From Deltaproteobacteria bacterium TL4 (GTDB lineage Bacteria; SAR324; NAC60-12): DNA of 50,377 bases. The stretch lies in contig JBBCAX010000399.1 in NCBI GenBank assembly GCA_051382335.1, positions 1-50,377 on the forward strand, in the 5' to 3' direction. Position numbers and translations under genes: made by a program. The notes under the pieces were generated by a model. The model was given only the letters and a program-made list of their open reading frames with translations. It made no database searches and had not been told where the DNA came from. Of this stretch, positions 28,458 through 39,374 are shown piece by piece. How positions within the stretch are numbered: position 1 is the stretch's first letter; every line of letters starts with the position of its first letter.

Positions 28458-29399
28458 ATGAGCAATAATTCTGCTGAAAAATCAACGAGATCTATATCCT
28501 ATGTTGACTATAAAGAAGAAATTAGAATACGCATGGAACAGTATCCCACTCAATCCGATCTGCTGGAACTGTTTCTGAAGGCTTATGATCAACGTAAAGA
28601 TGATTTTCAACGCTCGGCAGAGGACTTAAAACTTCCTCTTTTTGATAAAAACGGAAAGTTCAAAGAACTTCACAGGCTCACCTTTATCGAAGTCGAAGAC
28701 ATTACAAGAAATTTTGGCAGTTGCGGCTATGAGTTTCTCGAATCTACCGCCGTCGAGGCCAGTCGATTTTATAAGTATTTACCCATACGATATCAACCTT
28801 ACCTGGATGAGCTTTTTGAAGTCGCGTTTCATCGCGAGTTGGAAACCATGCAATACTGTATTGATGATTTTATCAAAGAGTCCAAAATCGATCTCGAAGA
28901 GTTAAATGCTGTGGATTTAGGCGCCGAACCCCTCACCCTTTCGATTGCCGAAAAAATTGCGCAGGGTCTCTATATTCCTGCGTTTGAAATGATCAAACAT
29001 GAATATATTCTTTACGTTGCCACCAAAATCAAGGAGTACAATCCCCATCGTACATTTCATCGGTTACATGAATTAGGTCCAGAAGATCAACACACGGTTT
29101 TGGATTATGTTCGCTACATCGTACAAGGGGATAGTATTGTAACCTCAGGAGAGCTTCAGTTTATTGAACGGTTGATAGAAAAATTCAAAACTCCCGATTT
29201 TGATAAGGAAGTATTTAAAGCCCAATTATTCATGGAAGTCACCTTGAAAGATCTTCGGCCCTTGTCTTCCGCAGTTTTAGACCCCATCCGGCGGCAAATT
29301 CTTGGTTTAATTATTGATTCCGCGTATGCGGATCACATGCTTGATTATGAAGAAGTCCCAAGAATTCTGGAAATTGCTGATTTAGTGATGAAAAAATAA
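28458..29399 (+). CDS. Hypothetical protein with C-terminal TerB-like motifs
   Basis: [17 protein letters not shown] and [13 protein letters not shown] resemble the paired A-D-G-x-x-x-x-E motifs of TerB/DjlA folds. Confidence 0.55.
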   Translation: MSNNSAEKSTRSISYVDYKEEIRIRMEQYPTQSDLLELFLKAYDQRKDDFQRSAEDLKLPLFDKNGKFKELHRLTFIEVEDITRNFGSCGYEFLESTAVEASRFYKYLPIRYQPYLDELFEVAFHRELETMQYCIDDFIKESKIDLEELNAVDLGAEPLTLSIAEKIAQGLYIPAFEMIKHEYILYVATKIKEYNPHRTFHRLHELGPEDQHTVLDYVRYIVQGDSIVTSGELQFIERLIEKFKTPDFDKEVFKAQLFMEVTLKDLRPLSSAVLDPIRRQILGLIIDSAYADHMLDYEEVPRILEIADLVMKK

Positions 29400-29419
29400 A
29401 TCCTCTCAGGAATTGTCAG

Positions 29420-29899
29420 TTGGAACCAAAAAAAAAAAGACCTTATGTGAAAATCTATACGGATGGCGCTTGTTCGCCCAATCCTGGCATCGGAGGCTGG
29501 GGGAGTGTCTTGATCTCTCCTCAACATAAGAACCACCGTAAAGAAATTTCCGGCGCTGAAGCGGAATCCACGAATAATCGAATGGAATTGCGTGCGGCGA
29601 TTGCCGCACTCCAACAACTGAAATCCTTTTGTATCGTCGATTTATACACCGATTCCGCTTATGTTTGTAATGCTTTTCGAAAAGGCTGGATCTTCAATTG
29701 GAAAAAAAACGGTTGGAAAACGACTGACAAAAAACCAGTGCTCAATCAAGACCTCTGGGAAACTCTGTATGAACTCAGCAAACAGCATGAGATTACGTGG
29801 AACTGGGTCAAAGGCCATGCCAACAACCCGGAAAACAACCGTTGTGATGAATTAGCTGTACAAGCCCGTGAGCAAATCCGGGATCAACTCCGCAAATAA
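29420..29899 (+). CDS. rnhA: Ribonuclease HI
   Basis: [42 protein letters not shown]. Confidence 0.97.
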   Translation: MEPKKKRPYVKIYTDGACSPNPGIGGWGSVLISPQHKNHRKEISGAEAESTNNRMELRAAIAALQQLKSFCIVDLYTDSAYVCNAFRKGWIFNWKKNGWKTTDKKPVLNQDLWETLYELSKQHEITWNWVKGHANNPENNRCDELAVQAREQIRDQLRK

Positions 29900-29919
29900 A
29901 GAGGGCCTGCCTTTTTTTT
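29898..29919. terminator. Probable bidirectional terminator between rnhA and the deacylase gene
   Basis: AAAGAGGGC-CT-GCCTTTTTTTT between convergent stops. Confidence 0.45.
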
Positions 29920-31657
29920 AGTCGCTACGTTTACAAACTTTTCCTGTTCGTTTTTCAGGGAAATACCCTTGAGGTGTCACCACAGGATATCCATTCACCA
30001 AAACATAGTCTATACCCTCCGGATAGGCGTCTGGCTTGAAGGGGGTTGAGTTACTACAAATGGTCTCCGCGTCAAACAGAACCAGATCCGCATAATAGCC
30101 TTTCCTGACCAAGCCTCGTTTTTTAATGCCCAGTTGCTGTGCCGGCAGACTTGTTGATTTACGAATGGCCTCAGCAAGGGAGATTATTTTTTCCTCTCGA
30201 ACATATTTCGATAACACTTTAGGGTAACAATCATAGAATAAATGACTGGGTTTGCCAAAGCCCAACAAGATGGTGTCCGTCACAATCGATACATTCGGAT
30301 CCTTCATTGCGCCAAACAGACTTCGCTCCACAAATTCATCACCAGGATGAGTTGGGGATTCAAACACCAAAACCCGCCCTTCTTCTTCGATCAACAGATC
30401 ACAAATGGAATCAAAAGGATGTTGCCCCCGTTCTTTTCCAATTTGAATAAAATTCTTTCCTTCATATTGTTTGTTCTTCTCACTCACAACACTCATCAAG
30501 TAAATGCCGCGGAAGCCTATAATCTTAAAAAAATTCATAGCCCAAGTATGATCTTCGCGGTGAGGCCATTCGGATTTGCCCTGTTGTATCGCTTTGTAAA
30601 TCATCTGTCTGATGGACTTGTCAGAGAGACGATAAATTATGTCTTGATGTTCTCCATTCAGAACCCAAGGGGGGAAAAAGGCGAGTGCGTGAGTAAAACC
30701 AGCACCCGTGGGCATAACATCAATACTTACCTCAACGCCCTGTTTCACCGCACGCGCAACTTGATTCAAATGCGGTTGAACGGACCATTGTAAGGGCGCC
30801 TTAAATTTGACATGTTTATAGATTTCAGCGGCAATTCGAAGGGTCGTATTGGTTAATGAATCCACAACTTCATTAACATGCGGTAACCAGAAAAAGTGTG
30901 AGATTTGTGATTTGACTCCGGTTTTACGACTCAAGGCCAGGACTTCTTCAATCGCCAAAGGTAAGGTATTGCTGTAACTGCGCAAATGACAGGTAAAGAC
31001 CGCATCGTTACGAACTAACAGTTCGGTTAACTCCAAAAGCTCTTTTTCATCTGCCGCCAGTCCCGGGAAATACATCAAGCCAGTACTCATCCCCAAGGCC
31101 CCTGATTCCAGACACTCCTCAACCAAGCCTTTCATCTGTTCTATCTGTTCGCGAGTCGCTTTGGAATTTTGTAAGCCCTTTGCCGCAATTCGAATCAAAC
31201 CGTGGGGTGCTAAAAGTCCGCAGTTCATAACCAGACCTTTGGCTTCCAGCCTTTCAACAAACTCACCATAACTTTGCCAATCAACATAGGGGCGAGGGTC
31301 CTCTCCCATCATGACATCAACATAGTTCATCATCTCGTCATATTTGGAGGCAGAGAGTGGCGCGATTCCCATACCGCAATTTCCGCCCACAAAAGTGGTG
31401 ATGCCTTGACGCAAGAGAGGCTCAAGGAGTTTCGCGTGATTGTCTTTGTGAATCACCAAATCCGCATGACTGTGAACATCAATAAACCCGGGACATAACA
31501 CTTTTCCCATCGCGTTAATTCGTTGCCGTGTTTGTCCGTCATTCAGTTTACCAAGCGCGGCAATTTTTTCATCTTTGATACCCACATCCGCTTGATAAGG
31601 GGGCTTGCCACTACCATCATGAATTGTCGCTGATTCAAAAATTACATCAAACTCCAT
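29918..31657 (-). CDS. N-acyl-D-amino-acid deacylase (amidohydrolase) family protein
   Basis: PGFIDVHSHAD, QGITTFVGGNCG, GMSTGLMYFPG, KSTSLPA..KRGLVRKGYYADLVLFD. Confidence 0.9.
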   Translation of the reverse strand: MEFDVIFESATIHDGSGKPPYQADVGIKDEKIAALGKLNDGQTRQRINAMGKVLCPGFIDVHSHADLVIHKDNHAKLLEPLLRQGITTFVGGNCGMGIAPLSASKYDEMMNYVDVMMGEDPRPYVDWQSYGEFVERLEAKGLVMNCGLLAPHGLIRIAAKGLQNSKATREQIEQMKGLVEECLESGALGMSTGLMYFPGLAADEKELLELTELLVRNDAVFTCHLRSYSNTLPLAIEEVLALSRKTGVKSQISHFFWLPHVNEVVDSLTNTTLRIAAEIYKHVKFKAPLQWSVQPHLNQVARAVKQGVEVSIDVMPTGAGFTHALAFFPPWVLNGEHQDIIYRLSDKSIRQMIYKAIQQGKSEWPHREDHTWAMNFFKIIGFRGIYLMSVVSEKNKQYEGKNFIQIGKERGQHPFDSICDLLIEEEGRVLVFESPTHPGDEFVERSLFGAMKDPNVSIVTDTILLGFGKPSHLFYDCYPKVLSKYVREEKIISLAEAIRKSTSLPAQQLGIKKRGLVRKGYYADLVLFDAETICSNSTPFKPDAYPEGIDYVLVNGYPVVTPQGYFPEKRTGKVCKRSD

Positions 31658-31743
31658 AGTTCTCCTGTATATCAAAGTTAACAATGCGAATAAAATAATT
31701 TTCCCCTTTAGGAAAACAGGAACGGGCCCTTTTTCAAATACAG

Positions 31744-33732
31744 CTAACGGGTCAGTAGCGACGTTGGGGGACGGCGAGATACAACGACTGAGGAAACTTC
31801 TGCAGGAGCTTCTGATTCCAAATTAAAGGAGGAAACCGACTGAATCAAGGTGGCAGACATTTTCGCAAGTTCCGACGAGTTTTTCTGAGAATTCGCAATT
31901 TCATTACTCATATCATTAATCGCCAGTTGTATTGACTGTAAACTCTGATTCACACCATTCACACTCCCCGCAACTTCAGCACTGGAACGAGCGATTTCTT
32001 TCACACCGACAGCGGCTTCATTGAGGTTGAGGACCGATTCTTTCGCGGCATCGGACGCCTCAGCTACGGATCGGTTAATTTCCTGAAGCCCTGATACCGC
32101 ATTGTGGACATTTAAAGCGGATTCTTTGCTAGCAGAAGCAATCATGTCTACAGAACCGCGGACAATAGCCGCGGTTTGACTTTGTCGTTCAATGGATCCA
32201 GCGATGGATTGGTTAATCTCTGAGACACTCCGAATCACATCACTCACACTCTGTGTTCCTTGCAACGCCTGGTTGGTGTAATTTTGAACCTGTTCGATTT
32301 GTTGCGCAATCTCATTATTGGCTTCCGCGGTTTGCTGAGCTAAATCCTTAACTTCCGCGGCAACCACGGCAAAGCCTTTTCCGGCTTCTCCCGCGCTGGC
32401 GGCTTCAATTGTCGCATTGAGTGCCAACATATTCGTTTGAGTCGCGATGTTGCCAATCAATTTCACAATTCGACCAATTTGATTTGCGGAATTGCCCAAG
32501 TGATTCGTGACCTCCAAGGTGAGTTGGGCACTTCTACTGGCATCTTTAGAGATCTCCATGGCCTTTTTAGTGCTTTTAGAAACATCCACCAGTGACGCGG
32601 ACATGCCCTCTACAGAACCGGCTACCTGATTAATATCTTGGGATATTTGATTGATGTTCTTATTCATTTCGGACATATTGGTTGCCGCTTGGTCTGCGGA
32701 CTTTGCGACAGAGTTGATATTGCCACTCAAGGCTTGAAACGATTGTGTCATCGAGAAGACATTGGTAGAGGCTTGCTCTGCGGCAGAAGCTACGGTGTTG
32801 ACCATCTTGGCAATGACATCTGACGAACTGGCAATTGTAGCGGCTTGATGCGTTACATTTTTAGAGTTCTGAGTCATATGTTCCGAGGAACTGTTGAGTT
32901 TGTCCGAAGCCTGGCCGAGGGACTTGGCATTATTATTGATTTGGTAGATCACCTGGGAAAGATTATTCTGTGTGTTGAAGTACGCTCTCAGAATATCCCC
33001 AATTTCATCACGCCGCTTTAAGTTCACGGAAGAAATGGGGAAGGTTAAATCATTATGTCCTAACGCATCAATCGCGCTGACAGCAAGCTTGATGGGGCTA
33101 ATGAGTATTTTCTGGAAATAAATAGTCACAGTACTGTAATAAAACACACTCAGCAACAGGATCGCGACTAGCGCAACGAAAAGTTGATTCGAAAGATCTT
33201 CGGATTCCTGTTTCCTGATATTCATGGATTTACGGTGATCAGACACCATATCTCGCACCACTTGATTGGCTTCCTCAAAAAGTTCCTGTCCTTTGACCAG
33301 CATGAGCAAAAACGCACCTTCCTGGTCATAGTTGCGATTGAGACTCATGGCTTTTTTCATGACTTCTTGAAAAGAAACCCAGATCGTAATAAACTCCTCA
33401 ACTTTATGATGGGTTCCGTCCTTCATTGGAGAGAGCCCCTTGTATTGAAGAATATAATCATCAAACGCGGTTAATTCTTGCTGGATTCGACCTTCCAACT
33501 CAGTCATTCGATTTGGATCGGTCTGGGAAAGATGCGTGATTACCAAAAGCATGATTTTTGTTGTGTCCTGCTCAATCGCGTTGGCTTTCAGGAGGGGATC
33601 CACGTCATTTTCCAACACCTTCACTGTTTTCTGAGTGGTTCCGCTGGCCACAAAATAGGCGAACCCTGCTATCAGCAGCACAACGAGCATATTCATCAAA
33701 AGCAACATAAAAAGTTTGGTGGAAATTTTCAT
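31744..33732 (-). CDS. Methyl-accepting chemotaxis protein (4HB-type sensor, HAMP)
   Basis: Two TM segments, RRDEIG HAMP motif, [37 protein letters not shown]. Confidence 0.95.
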   Translation of the reverse strand: MKISTKLFMLLLMNMLVVLLIAGFAYFVASGTTQKTVKVLENDVDPLLKANAIEQDTTKIMLLVITHLSQTDPNRMTELEGRIQQELTAFDDYILQYKGLSPMKDGTHHKVEEFITIWVSFQEVMKKAMSLNRNYDQEGAFLLMLVKGQELFEEANQVVRDMVSDHRKSMNIRKQESEDLSNQLFVALVAILLLSVFYYSTVTIYFQKILISPIKLAVSAIDALGHNDLTFPISSVNLKRRDEIGDILRAYFNTQNNLSQVIYQINNNAKSLGQASDKLNSSSEHMTQNSKNVTHQAATIASSSDVIAKMVNTVASAAEQASTNVFSMTQSFQALSGNINSVAKSADQAATNMSEMNKNINQISQDINQVAGSVEGMSASLVDVSKSTKKAMEISKDASRSAQLTLEVTNHLGNSANQIGRIVKLIGNIATQTNMLALNATIEAASAGEAGKGFAVVAAEVKDLAQQTAEANNEIAQQIEQVQNYTNQALQGTQSVSDVIRSVSEINQSIAGSIERQSQTAAIVRGSVDMIASASKESALNVHNAVSGLQEINRSVAEASDAAKESVLNLNEAAVGVKEIARSSAEVAGSVNGVNQSLQSIQLAINDMSNEIANSQKNSSELAKMSATLIQSVSSFNLESEAPAEVSSVVVSRRPPTSLLTR

Positions 33733-33763
33733 AGAACCCTGGCAAATGTAATGTTAATTGAAT

Positions 33764-34996
33764 TTAGTGAATAATCTGTTTCCATGTATTCGCATCCATG
33801 ACGACATATCCTGAAGGCGTTAGATAACTGGGAACCACAAGATCCGAGCCCTGATAGCCATTTTTGGTAAAATCGATGGAAATCCCTTCCAAGTCAAACT
33901 TGGATTTTTTGACTTGCTCCACAAAATTAGCCCGGGTGAGTTCTCCTGTGATCTCATTCAGGATTTTCAAAGTCATTTTACCCACAATATAGCCTTCAAG
34001 TGAGACAAAACCAAACGCGCTTCCTAATTTTTGTTTTGCTTCTTGAACGATCGGAAGCTTTGCATCCAAGAGCGGAACAACCTGCGTCATGATCACGGGA
34101 AGGGTGGCTTGATATTTTTCCAAATCATTTTTTAAACTATTGGCCCCTGTAAAGGAAACCGCAGACACAATCCACTTTTCTCCCATGCTCGACGCATGTC
34201 GTGCAAAGTGTGCGATGTTATCATAAGTCCCCACCGTCACAACAAGCTTACAGGGTTTGCCGGACTTTTTTTCCCAATTTTTCAAAGAGTCATAACCTGG
34301 GCGAACATTGGGAGTATTCCGTTGATAAACGCCAACGGGACCTACATTATTCCGTTCAGGATCATCCCCACTCATTTTAATCAGTTGGTTATAAGAGGCC
34401 AAGACCTCCTGCGAGGCTTTAGCACGCTCCATGGCCAGCATGACGCCTGTCAATCCTGCCATTCCATAAGAATCATTCTGGACATACGCGCAAATTTGGG
34501 TCGTAGTTAATCCATTCTCCAATGCGGCGTCTATCAGCGCGGCCGTTTCATGAATGTAACTTGCCCGATAGTTGGCGACAGGACCGGGAGCCGGTCGTAA
34601 CAGTCCCGCTCCTGTGAAAAAACCAACCGCTGGAATATTATTTTGGGCGAGAATCGGCAGCGTTTTTTCGGCGGTAGGCGTTCCCACATTGCCAATCATT
34701 AAGAAAATACCTTGACCGATGAGCTTCTGGGTTCCCTCAACCGCTTTAGGCGGTTCGTAAAAATCATTCTCAAATAAAACCTGAATGGATCGTCCCTTGA
34801 CTTTTTGGCCGGCAAAGGCAGCTTGCAATCCCTCTTGCATTCCCTGTCCCAGATCTTGCGCTTTCCCTTTCAGAGCAAGAACCGAACCAAAGGTAAGCGT
34901 TGTGCTGGTCACCCCCGCTTCCGCAAATAGAGCGGCAGGCAGCCATAATACGAAAAAACCGGTGATCACGGAGAATAAAAGTTTATTAATTTTCAT
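33764..34996 (-). CDS. Periplasmic ligand-binding protein, branched-chain amino acid (LivK-like) family
   Basis: Signal peptide, AGVT..TLTFGSVLALKG, NDFYEP, GNVGTPT, FTGAGLLR, YVQNDSYG, SLEGYI. Confidence 0.85.
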   Translation of the reverse strand: MKINKLLFSVITGFFVLWLPAALFAEAGVTSTTLTFGSVLALKGKAQDLGQGMQEGLQAAFAGQKVKGRSIQVLFENDFYEPPKAVEGTQKLIGQGIFLMIGNVGTPTAEKTLPILAQNNIPAVGFFTGAGLLRPAPGPVANYRASYIHETAALIDAALENGLTTTQICAYVQNDSYGMAGLTGVMLAMERAKASQEVLASYNQLIKMSGDDPERNNVGPVGVYQRNTPNVRPGYDSLKNWEKKSGKPCKLVVTVGTYDNIAHFARHASSMGEKWIVSAVSFTGANSLKNDLEKYQATLPVIMTQVVPLLDAKLPIVQEAKQKLGSAFGFVSLEGYIVGKMTLKILNEITGELTRANFVEQVKKSKFDLEGISIDFTKNGYQGSDLVVPSYLTPSGYVVMDANTWKQIIH

Positions 34997-35226
34997 AGAC
35001 CTCTTTTGATTACAGATTCTAAGATTGAACTCCCTCTAAATGCATAGAAGCAGTTGTTGAATAGGACCCCTGATTGATGTTTAGCATAATCAATTCGAAA
35101 AGGTAAAGGCTGGTTTTAAAAAATAGTTTCAATTCATAATTTTTTTCCAAGAGACTGTCCGAAAATGGGAAACCGGGATCTTGCCGCTTTGAAAAAAAGG
35201 GAGGAGAAAGGCGTGACTTTTGTTGA

Positions 35227-35242
35227 TGGTATGCTGCTTGCT
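35227..35242 (+). promoter_or_regulatory. Sigma54 (-24/-12) promoter of flgFGAH
   Basis: TGGTATGCTGCTTGCT, GG-N10-GC, 55 bp before the flgF ATG. Confidence 0.75.
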
Positions 35243-35297
35243 TTGCTTTTGCTTAAAGACTCACTTTGGTTTCATTGATTTTTAACATAAAGGCCTT

Positions 35298-36065
35298 ATG
35301 GGAATCGCTAGCTTAATTTCGGCAGGCGGCGTATTGGAAAGGAAACTGGACAATACCGCTAATAATCTCGCCAATGTTAATACGTCGGGATACAAGGAAG
35401 ATCAGTTATCCTTCCGGGAAGTTCTTTCCAAGGCGACTCGAGTCGCGCCTGAATCTGATGAAGAAATGTTTCTCAATCATGAAAACCTGGATTTGTATGT
35501 CGGCATGGATAAATCTGCCGTCGCGGTTGACGCGGTTGGCATAAATTTTACGCCGGGAATGATCAGACACACCAATAATCCCTTGGATTTTTCCATAGAC
35601 AATGATGGTTTTTTTAGTGTTTCAACGCCTCAGGGAGAGCGTTATACCCGATCAGGGAATTTCAGTTTGGACAGTAACAGTCAGGTTGTGACCGAAGATG
35701 GCTATCCCTTGCTGGGAAAACGAGGACCGATTGTCGTAAAGGGGAAGGATATTGTTGTTGATGAAAATGGAGGATTTCACGTTGATGGAAAGTTAGTGGA
35801 TTCCTTAAGAGTGGTCCGCTTTAAAGACAAACAAGATCTCCAAAAACTCGGACATGCCTTTTTTGCTCCTGTGAAACGGGATAATGTCCCCATTGAATCC
35901 AAAGAAATCAAAGTCCGTCAGGGCGTTTTGGAAGGCTCCAATGTAAATACTGTTAAGGAAATGACCAATATGGTTGCGGTCAACCGAGCGTATGAAACCA
36001 TACAGAAAGCCTTGAGAGCCGTTGACGGTTTGGACGAAAAAGCGATCACCCTCGCAAGAGTATGA
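35298..36065 (+). CDS. flgF: Flagellar basal-body rod protein FlgF
   Basis: ANNLANVNTSGYK, YTRSGNF, LEGSNVNTVKEM; precedes flgG. Confidence 0.9.
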   Translation: MGIASLISAGGVLERKLDNTANNLANVNTSGYKEDQLSFREVLSKATRVAPESDEEMFLNHENLDLYVGMDKSAVAVDAVGINFTPGMIRHTNNPLDFSIDNDGFFSVSTPQGERYTRSGNFSLDSNSQVVTEDGYPLLGKRGPIVVKGKDIVVDENGGFHVDGKLVDSLRVVRFKDKQDLQKLGHAFFAPVKRDNVPIESKEIKVRQGVLEGSNVNTVKEMTNMVAVNRAYETIQKALRAVDGLDEKAITLARV

Positions 36066-36116
36066 AAAAACAGGGATGTAATCAGTTAACCTTGAGCCAA
36101 AGGATAGGGACCTCCT

Positions 36117-36905
36117 ATGATGCGTTCATTATACACGGCTGCCACAGGGATGGGTGGTCAGCAAAAACAAATTGATACGATTGCCAACAACTTGGCGAAC
36201 GTCAACACCACAGGTTTCAAGAAAAGCAGAAATCATTTTCAAGATCTCCTCTATCACAATGAACGAACTGCGGGCGTTGCCTCCTCACTTTCCACTCAAG
36301 TTCCGGTGGGTATTCATGTCGGTCATGGGGTTAAGCATGTTTCTTCTGAAAAAATACACACTCAGGGCGATATGCAGAATACCGGGAATGATTTGGATCT
36401 CAGTATTGATGGTCCGGGGTTTTTCCAGGTTTTACAACCTAATGGCGCATTGGCCTATTCCCGTGCGGGGCATTTCAACATTGACGGTCAGGGGCGTTTG
36501 GTCACAGATGATGGGATGTTGCTTGATCCTGAAATAAATATTCCTTCGGAAACTCGAAAAATTGAAATCGGGTTTGATGGGACTGTTTCCGTTTTTTTAC
36601 GAGATGAAACACAGCCTGAAGCCGTGGGAACCATACAACTCGCGCGTTTTTCCAATGTGGCCGGTTTGACCCCCATGGGTAAAAATTTATATCTGCCTTC
36701 TCCCGCGTCAGGAAACGCCATTGTGGATGCGGCCGCCTCCAATGGAATGGGAAGCTTAAACCAAGGGTTTTTGGAAGGTTCCAATGTCTCGATTGTGGAA
36801 GAAATGGTTGGCATGATCACCGCGCAACGTGCTTATGAGGTCAATTCCAAAGCGATTCAAACCTCAGATAACATGTTGCAGACAGCCAATAATATTGTGC
36901 GTTAA
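36117..36905 (+). CDS. flgG: Flagellar distal rod protein FlgG
   Basis: MMRSLYTAATGM, ANNLANVNTTGFKK..FQDLLY, LEGSNVSIVEEMV.MITAQRAYEVNSK. Confidence 0.97.
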   Translation: MMRSLYTAATGMGGQQKQIDTIANNLANVNTTGFKKSRNHFQDLLYHNERTAGVASSLSTQVPVGIHVGHGVKHVSSEKIHTQGDMQNTGNDLDLSIDGPGFFQVLQPNGALAYSRAGHFNIDGQGRLVTDDGMLLDPEINIPSETRKIEIGFDGTVSVFLRDETQPEAVGTIQLARFSNVAGLTPMGKNLYLPSPASGNAIVDAAASNGMGSLNQGFLEGSNVSIVEEMVGMITAQRAYEVNSKAIQTSDNMLQTANNIVR

Positions 36906-36993
36906 GTTGTGACTGGTCGCTGTCGAAAAACAGGGATTAGCTGTTAGAAATACGTTGTTATCGACGTTCAAGCCATGGGAAGGAGAGTCTGCT

Positions 36994-38052
36994 ATGTGTA
37001 GTTTTTGGCGTAACTCGTTGGGATTATTGATGGTTGGAATGCTGGTTGGGAGTTCTACTTACGCAGCGCCTCAACAAGTCCGTGAGCCAAATAAACGGAG
37101 TTCCCTAAACTCCAGGTCTCATGCCGTTTCCAATCAATCCAAAAGGGAAGTTCCTCCTGAAGAACAAACCCAAATTTTTTTCCCTCCGCTCACTGCGGTG
37201 GAAGGAGATCACTACAAGCTGGGGGAAATTGCGACTTTTGAAGGTTTGGATTATGAGTTTATTGAGAAAATTGCCCAGATAACGATTGGCAAAGCCCCAA
37301 TGCCTGGTGGAAAACAAGTGGTGACCCAGTCTCTTGTGCTCTCCAAACTTCGTCCTCATATCAAAACGGGGCAAGTAACCTTTCCTGGCGCGGATGCTAC
37401 AAGCGTCCAGAGAGTCGCCATTCGAGTTCCCGGAGAAGATATTGATCAGATCGTCTTGAACCATGTCCAGGCGCAATATCAACACCAGGAAGTGAAAGCC
37501 AAACTCCTTTCAAAAAGCCGGGATGTTTTTTTACCTAAAGGCGAGTTGAGTTATGACATCCAGCAAAAAGGAACTTATAAAAAAGAAGGTGGCTATCGGA
37601 CCTTCAGCGTGGTTTTTAGTATTGACAGCAAAAAAATAAAAACCGTTCTGGTCCGTGTTTATATCAAAGTTTATAAAGACATTTTCGTGGCAAAAGACAC
37701 CATTAAACAAGATCATATTGTTCAAGAAACGGACTTAATGAAAGTCCGCAGAAATGTGGATCGATTGCCCGCAACGTACATTGATGACAAAAATGAAGTG
37801 ATTGGGAAAATGGCAAAACGGACCATCAGTCCTCAGGAAGTCATGAAAGAGAACATCATGGCCACGCCTTTTTTAGTAGAAACAGGAGAACGGTTATTGA
37901 TTGTCTACGAAACGAAATCCCTGCGTTTAACCGCAGAGGGCATCGCTTTATCGAAAGGACATATGGGCGATCGAATTCCTGTCCGAAACCTCGAAAGTAA
38001 AACGGTGGTTTACGCGAATGTTAAAGCCAGAAACCAGGTACAGGTGAATTGA
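36994..38052 (+). CDS. flgA: Flagellar P-ring formation chaperone FlgA
   Basis: Signal peptide, SAF-like C-terminus ending G.MGDRIPVRNLESKTVV.A.V; position between flgG and flgH. Confidence 0.88.
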   Translation: MCSFWRNSLGLLMVGMLVGSSTYAAPQQVREPNKRSSLNSRSHAVSNQSKREVPPEEQTQIFFPPLTAVEGDHYKLGEIATFEGLDYEFIEKIAQITIGKAPMPGGKQVVTQSLVLSKLRPHIKTGQVTFPGADATSVQRVAIRVPGEDIDQIVLNHVQAQYQHQEVKAKLLSKSRDVFLPKGELSYDIQQKGTYKKEGGYRTFSVVFSIDSKKIKTVLVRVYIKVYKDIFVAKDTIKQDHIVQETDLMKVRRNVDRLPATYIDDKNEVIGKMAKRTISPQEVMKENIMATPFLVETGERLLIVYETKSLRLTAEGIALSKGHMGDRIPVRNLESKTVVYANVKARNQVQVN

Positions 38053-38083
38053 GAAAACCCCCAACTTCAAAAGGAGAATAGCT

Positions 38084-38848
38084 ATGGCGAATAAAATTTG
38101 GTCCGGGGTTTTGATCTTTTTTGTGCTGATGGGAAGTGGTGGTTGTAGTACAATCTTCCCCAAAAAGACCGTTAGTCCCGAAAACACGACCGTTGAAGCT
38201 CAGACCCCCCTACCATCTTCGCCTAAACGGGACAGGCGACCACAAATTCCAATCGCTCGTAATCGTTATGAGGGCTCTCTTTGGAGAGATGAAGCTTCGT
38301 TTGGTAATTTGTGGAGGGATCATCGGGCCCGTTTTCGGCACGATCTGTTGACTATTGTTGAACTGGCTTCTGTCATTTCTGTTCCGCCTCCCAAGCCCCT
38401 TGCTGCGGAAGCCACAAAGCCCAAATCCGATCTTGAAAAAGCGAATGTGGTTTTGGAGGCACTCACGTTAAGAGATTCTATTGAAGAGGAACAAAATAGT
38501 ATTTTACGATCAATTGAAACCATTTCCGCAGAAGTGATTCGGGTCTTACCTAATGGAAATATGCTGGTCCGTGGAAGGAAAATCGATCACCGTCAACAAA
38601 ATAAAGTGCGTTATGTGACCATCGTCACAGGTGTTTTACGTCCTGCGGATGTCAATGATACGAACGTGGTTTCCGCAGCAAAGTTGGTAAATCCTGAAGT
38701 TCAAATTAAACGTCAAGTTCAGGGTTCATTACTGCGTGAACGCCTTGATAAATTAGGACCGCTGATTGGCAAACAAAAAGCGGGGGTCCTTGGCAGAATT
38801 ACCGATTTCACCAAAGCGGATGCCAAATCAAAAGGGGGGAAAAAATAG
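38084..38848 (+). CDS. flgH: Flagellar L-ring lipoprotein FlgH (divergent)
   Basis: Lipobox SGGC, GSLW, D.RAR...DLLTIV, VIRVLPNGNMLVRGRK, GVLRPADV..TNVV. Confidence 0.85.
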   Translation: MANKIWSGVLIFFVLMGSGGCSTIFPKKTVSPENTTVEAQTPLPSSPKRDRRPQIPIARNRYEGSLWRDEASFGNLWRDHRARFRHDLLTIVELASVISVPPPKPLAAEATKPKSDLEKANVVLEALTLRDSIEEEQNSILRSIETISAEVIRVLPNGNMLVRGRKIDHRQQNKVRYVTIVTGVLRPADVNDTNVVSAAKLVNPEVQIKRQVQGSLLRERLDKLGPLIGKQKAGVLGRITDFTKADAKSKGGKK

Positions 38849-38878
38849 CCATACGCGTGGGCGGCTATTTCTTTTTCT
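38843..38878. terminator. Hairpin between convergent flgH and hypothetical gene
   Basis: AAATAGCC...GGCTATTT stem followed by CTTTTTCT. Confidence 0.5.
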
Positions 38879-39374
38879 TGGGTTTCCGGAGAAGTTCATC
38901 TTCAGTCAGAATTAAGGCATGTCGAATGATTTCCAAATGGGAATATTCCTGATCTATCAGATGAGGATAGCGTTCCAGAAAAAATTGGGAAAGTCGTTCA
39001 AGAAGCCCATCTTCCTGCAAAGGATTTTGTATGTATTTTGCCAAGATCAGAGCTTCATGGACCAACTCCTCTGGCGTTGAAAAATCGTAATTTTTCATTT
39101 GCGGAAACATGTCTGTAAAGTAGTGACAAAGACGTTCATACAGATGATTCATATAATTCAAGCGGTCATCCGCTTTCAACGTATTGACAACCCGTTCGAG
39201 TTTCTCATTTTCAAAATGCATTTCAATCCCTTCTCCGAATTTAATGATACTGGAACTCCCTTTTTTCAGTACCCGAGGATTATGGTGCTTTAAGATTTCG
39301 AGCATTTTGAACTGATCACTGGTTTCTTCTCTCATGACGACCTTCGGTGGTTGATCTAATATCATTGCATCCAA
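38865..39374 (-). CDS. Hypothetical protein with an internal two-fold helical repeat
   Basis: 169-aa ORF with a nearby AGGAG; repeat pattern L.ERL..F....P...S...E...ALIL. Confidence 0.7.
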   Translation of the reverse strand: MDAMILDQPPKVVMREETSDQFKMLEILKHHNPRVLKKGSSSIIKFGEGIEMHFENEKLERVVNTLKADDRLNYMNHLYERLCHYFTDMFPQMKNYDFSTPEELVHEALILAKYIQNPLQEDGLLERLSQFFLERYPHLIDQEYSHLEIIRHALILTEDELLRKPKKKK

